DNA of 64,000 bases from Microgenomates group bacterium RBG_16_45_19 (GTDB lineage: Bacteria; Patescibacteriota; Microgenomatia; UBA1400; RBG-16-45-19). Positions 9,177 through 16,360 of this stretch are shown here, piece by piece. Under the pieces are notes generated by a model. The model had not been told where the DNA came from, did no database searches, and saw nothing but the letters and a program-made list of their open reading frames with translations. The DNA is taken from NCBI GenBank assembly GCA_001803415.1, contig MHDC01000045.1, positions 30,747 through 94,746 on the forward strand, written 5' to 3'. Position 1 is the stretch's first letter, and every line of letters starts with the position of its first letter. The position numbers and the translations under genes were made by a program.

Positions 9177-9598
9177 CGAATTATGTCACCCTGGATTTAG
9201 AGCAGGTGATTTACATCCATGAGCGGATAATTGAGGCAGCGGGTGGGGTGCAAGGAGTCAGGGATTATACAATGCTGCATTCTGCTTTAGAGCGGTGTAA
9301 AGCGACGTTTGGTGGCGAGGATTTGTATCCATCAAGTCTACATAAGGCAGCTGCCTTGTTACATTCATTGGTGATGAATCATGCTTTCTTGGATGGGAAT
9401 AAGCGGACAGCCTATGCGGTGATGGTCCGGTTTCTCAATGCGAATGGACTTAAAGTGACAGCGTCTCAGTCTGAAATCGTGACGATGTGCGTTAACGTGG
9501 ACAATGAAGGCTGGAAGGTGAGGGAGATTCTGATGTGGTTGAAACAGCGAAATTTTCACTCCGGGAGTGCAATACTCAAGACATCCCGGGGTGTCTAG
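9173..9598 (+). CDS. doc: Doc (death-on-curing) Fic-domain toxin
   Basis: Fic/Doc motif HAFLDGNKRTA. The size and TA operon arrangement fit. The last ~12 codons are supplied by the palindromic element. Confidence 0.9.
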   Translation: MTNYVTLDLEQVIYIHERIIEAAGGVQGVRDYTMLHSALERCKATFGGEDLYPSSLHKAAALLHSLVMNHAFLDGNKRTAYAVMVRFLNANGLKVTASQSEIVTMCVNVDNEGWKVREILMWLKQRNFHSGSAILKTSRGV

Positions 9599-9620
9599 AT
9601 CACTGCACCCCCGGGGTGAA
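9555..9620. repeat. Palindromic repeat element, copy 1 (composite: inverted full copy plus direct half copy)
   Basis: TTCACTCCGGGAGTGCA (9555-9571) can pair with TGCACCCCCGGGGTGAA (9604-9620). Inner palindrome GACATCCCGGGGTGTC at 9580-9595. Related copies at 25881-25918 and 60677-60716. Confidence 0.75.
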
Positions 9621-9839
9621 TTATAAGTTAGATAACCAGGACGCGCAGGTGTAGTTGGTCGGTTTTATAAGCGAGATTGACCGCGTCTTGGCCTGTAAGC
9701 AGGCGGTACTGGGGAGAATTAGGTTCACTACTAATGGCGGATACCAGGGGCGGAATATAGGTGATAGTTGAGGCTGGGTCGATGAGACCAAAGTCGACGG
9801 GGGTGGGGATTTGGGTGGGTAAATTTAAAGCATGGGTAA

Positions 9840-10658
9840 CTAAGAATTGCTGCCGATTGAACTTTTTTTAGTATCCTGTTGGTGGAGAATTTTAATGGCG
9901 TGTGAGGCGACAAGGCCTGCTCTTTTTTGGTACTCGTCATTGATTTCAAATTCATCTGTAACCCGATTGGCAATTATGACACATACAGCGCCAGCCCGTT
10001 TCTTAAAAAGGGAAGCTAGGGTAAATAGACAGGCAACTTCCATCTCAAAATTTTGAATGCCTGCTTGTTGCATATCGGAAATTAGATTTTGTTTGGTGCT
10101 GGGGAAGTAATTATTGTATCCAGGTCGACCTTGGCCTGTATAGAAAGTGTCTGCGGAAGCAGTAATGCCAATATGGTGTGGAATTTTTAATTCTTGTGCG
10201 GCTTGTATAAGAGCCTGGACGACCTGATAGTGAGCAATAGCCGGATATTCGGGGATGACATAGTCACGACTAGCTCCGTCAAGGCGGACAGCACCAGTAG
10301 AGATAACCAAATCACCCATTTTTTGGCCTGGTTGGATGCCTCCCGTAGTGCCAACACGTATGAAGGTATGGGCGCCAATACGGGTGAGTTCTTCTACGGC
10401 TATAGACATCGCCGGTGAACCGATCCCAGTAGAAGTGCATGAAATGGGTGTTTTATAATAGAAACCAGTAACGGTTCGGTATTCTCGATGGTAGGCTTTT
10501 TCTTGAAATGAGTCCCAAAGCGAAGCGATTTTGCCGACTCTTTCCGGATCACCTGGAGTGAGGACGTATGGGGCAATATCTTTAGGTCCACAAGCAAGGT
10601 GATATTGTTTGCCTTCTAATATTGGGGCAGAAGCGGAAATGGGAATTTTTTTTACCAT
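9840..10658 (-). CDS. udp: Uridine phosphorylase (PNP/UDP family 1)
   Basis: Collinear similarity to E. coli Udp along the whole length: PGDPERVGKIA, STGIGSPAMSIAVEEL, IRVGTTGGIQP, VRLDGAS, TASADTFYTGQGR (the Gln/Arg uracil-specificity pair is kept), EMEVACLF. Confidence 0.9.
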   Translation of the reverse strand: MVKKIPISASAPILEGKQYHLACGPKDIAPYVLTPGDPERVGKIASLWDSFQEKAYHREYRTVTGFYYKTPISCTSTGIGSPAMSIAVEELTRIGAHTFIRVGTTGGIQPGQKMGDLVISTGAVRLDGASRDYVIPEYPAIAHYQVVQALIQAAQELKIPHHIGITASADTFYTGQGRPGYNNYFPSTKQNLISDMQQAGIQNFEMEVACLFTLASLFKKRAGAVCVIIANRVTDEFEINDEYQKRAGLVASHAIKILHQQDTKKSSIGSNS

Positions 10659-10667
10659 TTAGATCTC

Positions 10668-11558
10668 TCAGTTTAATTGTCGGTAAGACCTTTCAAATTC
10701 ATCCCAGTTTTCGTGATAATAACTGGTTTGTTGATGCCATACAGATTCTATCACATGGCTGATTTCATCTTGATAAGCATTGCCAACTACTTGATATTGA
10801 TCATGGTGGTTTATTTGCAGGTCTCCGTTAGGTCGGAGTAAAAGTAAATCATATTTTTCATTGATGGAATAGGTTCTTTGAGCAATGATAGTACTAGGAT
10901 ATTTTTTTTGGAGTTGTTGGCTTTTTAATTTGAAAGCTTTGGTGGTGATTTGGAACTGGTCTCTAACCTTAAAACCGTCTAGTCGTGGTGTATACTGCAA
11001 TAACTTCCACACGATGGGTTTGCCTAGGAAAAATCGAGGGATTTGGTCGATACCATTATGGAAATTTTGCTGATGGACAATAGTGTTCACTTTTAGCTTA
11101 AATGGATGGATTTGAGGATTATAAGTAGTGATGATCCTAGTTGCGGCTGTAAATTGACCTATACCACGATAGTGGTCGTTGAGTGGTTGGTTGTCTGCGT
11201 CAAGGGAAATGGAGAGGTAATCGACCAGGTGCTTAAGTTGATGGAGTAAATTGTCGGTGAGAAGGAGGGCATTGGTGGAAAGGATAGTTTCAAAGCCGAA
11301 TTTTTTTATGAGTTTAAGGATGTTGATAAGATCGTGTCTGACTAATGGTTCACCACCCATGATACCAATAGTGGATATTCGAGCTCTTTGGATATTCTCT
11401 AGGCATAGTTTGATTTCAGAGATCGGTTGGTCGAAGGCGATGTCTTTTTCTCTGGAAAAACAGAATGGGCAAGATTGATTACAGCGTTCGGTAATGCGAT
11501 AACCCAGATAAGTAATTGAATTGACGGGGGGATTGGAAATAATTCGATAAGGATTCAT
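10668..11558 (-). CDS. Radical SAM enzyme, viperin-like (candidate prokaryotic viperin)
   Basis: CNQSCPFCF cluster (viperin CNYKCGFCF) and GGEPLV. Further collinear matches to viperin: YLSISLDAD/ILAISCDSF, LKVNTIV/FKINSVI, IVWKLLQ/VRWKVFQ. About 296 aa, with no SPASM Cys clusters. The radical SAM call is firm (0.9); the viperin-like call is about 0.55. Confidence 0.7.
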   Translation of the reverse strand: MNPYRIISNPPVNSITYLGYRITERCNQSCPFCFSREKDIAFDQPISEIKLCLENIQRARISTIGIMGGEPLVRHDLINILKLIKKFGFETILSTNALLLTDNLLHQLKHLVDYLSISLDADNQPLNDHYRGIGQFTAATRIITTYNPQIHPFKLKVNTIVHQQNFHNGIDQIPRFFLGKPIVWKLLQYTPRLDGFKVRDQFQITTKAFKLKSQQLQKKYPSTIIAQRTYSINEKYDLLLLRPNGDLQINHHDQYQVVGNAYQDEISHVIESVWHQQTSYYHENWDEFERSYRQLN

Positions 11559-11707
11559 TCAAATTCAATAGTACGATAATTTGGCCATAGCGCAACTTGT
11601 AGTTTTGGGTAATAAATTGGAGGTTGTATTGTAGGTAGGATTTGAGTTATCAATAACTTGGATAATTGATTTATCTCGTCACATGCGAGAGTTTTGGCTA
11701 AGGCAAG

Positions 11708-12646
11708 GTGAAAAAAAGCGAGCGTCAGGTATCAGTGACAAAATTGTTGGCCAGCCACCGGCCGTCGTGGCAAGTGTTAAATGAACTGGCCAAAACCGGA
11801 CTGGCTTATCAGTATGCCGATGCCATGCCGGTGTTAACCGATCCGGATGGGGCTAATCAAAATGTCCTGGATGCTTTGGTGGTGCTGCAGCAATTTTATA
11901 AAGCCAAGAATGAAAACGTCATGGTGACTTACGGCCCGATGGCGTCGGGTAAAAGTACGGCACTGGTGAAATATTACCGCTGGCTTAAGTTGCGGCAAAT
12001 TCCGGTGATTATTTACAAACATGAACTGGATGCCGAGCGGATGAGGGGTCAATCGGCGGTAACGGTCAAGATTCAAGCCGGACTCAATGGGACCGATACC
12101 CAAGTGGAAGCTGCGCTCTTTCATCAATTGGATGAGGTGATCCATCGACTCAAGGCGAAAGATTTGGCTGAAGGGGTGATGATTCTGGACGAGTTTATGT
12201 TTGCCGGTGAGGGGGCGATACCCATTGAACAAAGGGAGACCATGCGGCGGTTGATTCGAGCCTGTCAAAAGAAGCCGGTCAAACTGGTAATCGGGGGTTT
12301 GTTTTCTGACTATCGGGGGGTGATTTGGCCGAATATGAAACGGATCATCCCGCTGGCCGACCGGTTAATTGAGTTTCGCGGTCGCTGTGTGGAGTTTGGC
12401 TGTATGAAGCCATCAGTTTTGACGCAAAGGAATGTGACCATCAGTCGGGCTGATGGGGAAGTGATTACGACCCGGCCGTCACATAGGTTGGAAAAAGTGG
12501 TCAGAGTGGGGACGGTGTTGCAAGGTGTAGCCATGCCGGATACTTATTTACCTAAATGTGAAAGACATCATGAGGTGTTATCACCGGCCAAAGCCAAAGG
12601 TTTAGATCAGAAATTTGGAGTGGACATGGGGGACTATAAAACGTAG
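11708..12646 (+). CDS. Thymidine kinase (TK1)-family protein with ~70-aa N-terminal extension
   Basis: P-loop YGPMASGKST, Walker B-like ILDEFMF, GGLFSDYRG (compare GLDxDFRG), Zn-site-like CVEFGC...CERHH. GTG start, so the start is uncertain. Confidence 0.7.
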   Translation: MKKSERQVSVTKLLASHRPSWQVLNELAKTGLAYQYADAMPVLTDPDGANQNVLDALVVLQQFYKAKNENVMVTYGPMASGKSTALVKYYRWLKLRQIPVIIYKHELDAERMRGQSAVTVKIQAGLNGTDTQVEAALFHQLDEVIHRLKAKDLAEGVMILDEFMFAGEGAIPIEQRETMRRLIRACQKKPVKLVIGGLFSDYRGVIWPNMKRIIPLADRLIEFRGRCVEFGCMKPSVLTQRNVTISRADGEVITTRPSHRLEKVVRVGTVLQGVAMPDTYLPKCERHHEVLSPAKAKGLDQKFGVDMGDYKT

Positions 12647-13964
12647 GCAAGGGAATTTAACAGTCATTTACGGGCCGATGTTTTCGGGGAAGACGACGCG
12701 GTTAATTGAGATCGGGCGGAAGCAAAAAGAAATGGTGGTGTTTAAACCGGATATTGACACGCGTTATACGGACCGACCGGTGTTACATACCCATGATGGA
12801 GTGGAGTTTCCAGCGATCAAAATTGGAATTAACCGGCCGACGGAGATTATCAAAAAACTTGATAGTTTACCTAATAAAGCCAAGATAAAAACAATCGCGA
12901 TTGATGAAGTCAATCTTTATCCCAAAGGATTGATTGGTGTGGTCAACAAACTCCTGGAGCGAGGTTATCAGGTGATTGCCACCGGGATTCTGTTGGATAC
13001 CGAAAAGGGGGATTTTGGTCAAACCAGCGCTTTAATGGGTATGGCCGAGACCGTTGAAGCAATATACGCTAAGTGCGCTTTTACCGGCTGTCTCAAACCA
13101 GCCCCGTATAGTTTTGCCAAGAAAGTAAAACAGACGCAAGTCGTGGTTGGGGCGGAAGATTTATATGGGGCGGCATGTGCCGATCACTATGAATTACTGC
13201 ATGTACCGGGAAGGAGTGAGGGGGTGACCCCAATTAAACAAGCTTCAATTGATCAACTGGTGGATTATGGGATTTATCCGGCTTACGCCCAGTGGCTAAG
13301 GGAAATTAACTACCCTCATAACCGTAAAGTCACCCAGAAGAAGAGTCGGTGGCCCAAAATTGAAATTGGGGGTGACGGTTACGCTATGGGCAAGACTAAA
13401 TTGATGAAGCAGTTGGTGAAACTTTTACGCCGACAAAGACTGGCAGTACAAGTGATTGATCAGGACAGTCAGGCTCAATTAAAAGGGGGTGCAGCCCAGG
13501 ATTTTGATGCCCAAGTGGTGTTTAAAGCGGAAATGAAATATTCAAAAGACAAGTTTCAAGCATACGGCCGGTTGTCATCAGCCAAAGCCACGATTGTGTG
13601 TGTACCGCCGGAAATGGAATTTAATTATGCGGTGGCCAATACGGTGGTAGGTAGAATCAGTCTGCAGCAGTTTTATGCTTATGAAGAAAAATATTTCGCT
13701 TTGGGATGGGAGAAGTTTTTGGCTCCTGACATCTTGGTGTATATCAAGGCCGACCAGAAAATTAGTGGCGAGAAACCGGAAGCCTTTATGGCGGTGTTAA
13801 GAGTGGTTAATCGAGCTTGGTTGGCCGGGATAGACCGGCGGCTTAAAGTTGTCGAAGTGGAGCGAGAACTATTAGAAAAAGAGAAGGGAGCTGAGACGGT
13901 GGCAGCTTTAATTTGGAAAACGTGGCAGGCTTTACCTGTGGCTTACAATAACCTTAAGGAGTAA
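12615..13964 (+). CDS. TK1-family thymidine kinase fused to a second P-loop kinase-like domain
   Basis: N-terminal domain: YGPMFSGKTT, AIDEVNL, CAFTGC...CADH. C-terminal ~250 aa carry a second Walker A (GGDGYAMGKT). The only near-canonical start is the TTG at 12615, which overlaps the previous gene by 32 nt. Confidence 0.7.
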   Translation: MEWTWGTIKRRQGNLTVIYGPMFSGKTTRLIEIGRKQKEMVVFKPDIDTRYTDRPVLHTHDGVEFPAIKIGINRPTEIIKKLDSLPNKAKIKTIAIDEVNLYPKGLIGVVNKLLERGYQVIATGILLDTEKGDFGQTSALMGMAETVEAIYAKCAFTGCLKPAPYSFAKKVKQTQVVVGAEDLYGAACADHYELLHVPGRSEGVTPIKQASIDQLVDYGIYPAYAQWLREINYPHNRKVTQKKSRWPKIEIGGDGYAMGKTKLMKQLVKLLRRQRLAVQVIDQDSQAQLKGGAAQDFDAQVVFKAEMKYSKDKFQAYGRLSSAKATIVCVPPEMEFNYAVANTVVGRISLQQFYAYEEKYFALGWEKFLAPDILVYIKADQKISGEKPEAFMAVLRVVNRAWLAGIDRRLKVVEVERELLEKEKGAETVAALIWKTWQALPVAYNNLKE

Positions 13965-13973
13965 AAGTGAGTT

Positions 13974-15095
13974 ATGAAGGTTTACTTTGGGGCAGCGGTA
14001 ACCTTGGATCGGAAACTGCTACCGGTGTATCAGCAAATAGTTAAAGCCTTAAAGGCTGAGGGGCACACGGTTTTGTCCGAACACGTGGTGGACCCGTTGT
14101 TGGTACCCGGAGCCGGGATAAAACCCAAGCAGTTATTCTTAAGAGAGACTAAATTAATTGAGCGAGCCAACGTCATGGTGGCTGAGGTGACGGCGCCGTC
14201 CTGGGGGACAGCTTTTCTGATTGAACATGCGTTAAGTCAAAATATTCCGGTGGTAGCCCTGTATTATAAGGCTTCAGAGATTCCTTTACCTTTAATGATT
14301 CAAGGCCACCCGGAATTGTATTTGGAACACTATGATGAGACCAATGTGGTGACGGTCTTGCGCAAAGCCATGACTCATTTAGAACAGATGCGTCAAATTA
14401 AGGGCAAGTTAATCGTGATCGATGGCGCTGACGGTAGCGGTAAAGCGACGCAAACCCAATTACTGCTGAATTACTTGGAAAAGAAAGGTAAGAAGCGCCG
14501 CTATATTGATTTTCCGCGGTACTACACCAGTTTTCATGGGAAAGTCGTCGGCCGTTATCTGGCCGGTGAGTTCGGTGCCAATAAGAATGCCAATCCCTAT
14601 TTGGTCAGTTTAGCGTATGCGCTGGATCGATTGACGGCCAGAGACGAAATGGTGGAATGGTTGAGGGCGGGGAATATCGTGGTGGCTAACCGCTACACCA
14701 CCAGTAATTTTGCTTTTCAGGGTGCCCGCTTAGAAGGGAAAGCCAGGGAGGAATATATCCAGTGGCAGTACTCCATGGAATACAAAGAACACAAACTACC
14801 CAAAGAAAATTTAGTCATCTTTTTATATGTACCGATCGAAATTAGCCAAAAGTTATTGGTGAAAAAACAAGGACAAGCAGTAAGGCGATATGTTAAAGGT
14901 CAGGCGAAAGATATTCATGAAGCCGATGTGACTTATCAGGCTAAAGTCCTGCAACTCTATTTGGATCTGGCTAAGCGGTATAAACACTGGGAAATTGTCA
15001 GTTGTGTCGATAAGAAGGGTAAGTTGTTAGACAAAGAGGCGATTCATAAAAAAGTGGTAGCGATTCTGAAGCGGCGCCGGATTTTAGCCGGGTGA
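13974..15095 (+). CDS. tmk: Nucleoside 2-deoxyribosyltransferase-like domain fused to thymidylate kinase
   Basis: C-terminal half: VIDGADGSGKATQ P-loop, DRLTARDE, NRYTTSNFAFQG (Tmk motifs). N-terminal ~140 aa: MKVYF..., VAEVTAPSWGTAFLIEHA...PVVAL, resembling the NDT/Rcl-like Rossmannoid fold. Confidence 0.8.
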   Translation: MKVYFGAAVTLDRKLLPVYQQIVKALKAEGHTVLSEHVVDPLLVPGAGIKPKQLFLRETKLIERANVMVAEVTAPSWGTAFLIEHALSQNIPVVALYYKASEIPLPLMIQGHPELYLEHYDETNVVTVLRKAMTHLEQMRQIKGKLIVIDGADGSGKATQTQLLLNYLEKKGKKRRYIDFPRYYTSFHGKVVGRYLAGEFGANKNANPYLVSLAYALDRLTARDEMVEWLRAGNIVVANRYTTSNFAFQGARLEGKAREEYIQWQYSMEYKEHKLPKENLVIFLYVPIEISQKLLVKKQGQAVRRYVKGQAKDIHEADVTYQAKVLQLYLDLAKRYKHWEIVSCVDKKGKLLDKEAIHKKVVAILKRRRILAG

Positions 15096-15098
15096 GAC

Positions 15099-15126
15099 TT
15101 GAACTGGGGTGGGCTAGTGCTATAAT
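15099..15126 (+). promoter_or_regulatory. Putative sigma70-type promoter
   Basis: TTGAAC (15099-15104), a 16-nt spacer, then TATAAT (15121-15126), in the 375-bp gap between tmk and prs. Confidence 0.35.
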
Positions 15127-15154
15127 GCAGTTGTTGTCCTATAGTGAGGGGAAT

Positions 15155-15322
15155 ATGGCTAATTGGGAAAGAATGCCTGATGAGAAAGAAGAAGGAAGTG
15201 GAAATACTGATGGTAATCAAGATGAATCAAAATATGACCCAAAAGGAATGGTTGCCGTTGCAGTTACAGAATTAGAGGCGGTGGTAACTTTAGTACAAGA
15301 TTTATCACCCATTCCAGTATAG
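15155..15322 (+). CDS. Small acidic hypothetical protein (55 aa)
   Basis: GAGGGG RBS 5-7 nt upstream of the ATG at 15155, downstream of the putative promoter. It overlaps a convergent 70-aa ORF (15217-15429, GTG start), so at most one of the two is likely real. Confidence 0.3.
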   Translation: MANWERMPDEKEEGSGNTDGNQDESKYDPKGMVAVAVTELEAVVTLVQDLSPIPV

Positions 15323-15471
15323 TAGTTCTCCATTTGGTAATTGTTTGGGTTGACGGGAAAGCAGATTTCTCGTTTAATGTAATCCCGGAGTCGGTCGTTT
15401 GATTCGCCAAATTGAGGATTAAATGACACGCTCCGGTTTTTTGGGGATAGGTAGGGTAAAATAGGGGGGAA

Positions 15472-16353
15472 ATGCAGGTATATAGCGGTAGTGCCAATGT
15501 CCCTTTAGCCCAAAATTTGGCCAGACGGTTAATTGTCCCAATGGGTGTGGTTGAACGGTCGCGGTTTGCCAATGACGAAGCGCGGGTGTGGGTCAAGGAA
15601 CCAAAGGTGGATCGGGAGGTAATAGTAGTGCAGTCTTTATCCCAACCGACCGATCATCATTTAATTGAATTCTGTTTGATTTGTGACGCGTTGAGGCGGC
15701 GGGGAGCTAAGGAAATTACGGCGGTAATTCCCTGGCTGGGTTACTCCAAACAGGACAAAGTTTTTCGAGCTGGAGAACCGTTAAGCGTCAAGGTGATCGC
15801 GTCGATGATTGAAACGGTTAAGTTGGAACGGATCATCACTATTGATCTGCATAATTTGGCGATTTTGGGCTTTTTTGAAACCCCGGTGGATAATTTGTCG
15901 GCGAAACCGCTATTTATTGATTATTTCAACGGAGTGTCACAGACAACGATGGTGGTGGCACCGGATGCCGGGGCGGTCAAGGCCTCAACCCAATTTGCCC
16001 AGCAAATGGAAGTACCGGTAGCTTACATTGATAAGAAACGGGATTTGGTCAGCGGTCAAGTGTCGATTGTGGGCTTAAGCCGGCCAGTCAAAGGTTTTGA
16101 TTTAATTATTGTGGATGATTTGATTGTGACCGGTGGCACCTTGTTGGAAGTAGCCGATTATTTAATGGCTAAAGGAGCCAAAAGCGTCAGAGTCGGAGCG
16201 ACGCATCACACTTATGTTAAAGGGGTTCAAGGTAAGTTAGATCGGAGTATGATTGACCAAATGGTGGTGACGAATACGATTCAAGCCCAAACGAAATCCA
16301 AAAAACTGAAGGTCTTAGATGTGTCAGGTTTAATTGCTGAAAGTCTGGTTTAA
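15472..16353 (+). CDS. prs: Ribose-phosphate pyrophosphokinase (PRPP synthetase)
   Basis: N-terminus MQVYSGSANVPLAQNLA and PRPP-binding loop IIVDDLIVTGGTL. Typical length. Confidence 0.9.
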   Translation: MQVYSGSANVPLAQNLARRLIVPMGVVERSRFANDEARVWVKEPKVDREVIVVQSLSQPTDHHLIEFCLICDALRRRGAKEITAVIPWLGYSKQDKVFRAGEPLSVKVIASMIETVKLERIITIDLHNLAILGFFETPVDNLSAKPLFIDYFNGVSQTTMVVAPDAGAVKASTQFAQQMEVPVAYIDKKRDLVSGQVSIVGLSRPVKGFDLIIVDDLIVTGGTLLEVADYLMAKGAKSVRVGATHHTYVKGVQGKLDRSMIDQMVVTNTIQAQTKSKKLKVLDVSGLIAESLV

Positions 16354-16360
16354 ACCATTT

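Noticed and set aside
9555-9633. The palindromic element considered as a bona fide integron attC site (a GTTAGAT matching GTTRRRY lies at 9627-9633).
   Set aside because: No matching inverse core (RYYYAAC) at the other end, no intI gene or attI in the window, and a single 7-mer match is expected by chance. The idea is kept only as a loose analogy in the findings.
12615-12646. Programmed frameshift fusing the two tandem TK-like genes across their 32-nt overlap.
   Set aside because: There is no slippery heptamer in the overlap, and the downstream frame is closed by a TAG at 12603-12605 just upstream. A TTG-initiated, translationally coupled second gene is the simpler explanation, although its start remains unverified.
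15092-15154. Upstream part of the ORF-track entry 15092-15322, which overlaps the tmk stop.
   Set aside because: It would place the start codon upstream of, and across, the promoter-like TTGAAC/TATAAT. The internal ATG at 15155, which has an RBS, is the only plausible start if the ORF is real.
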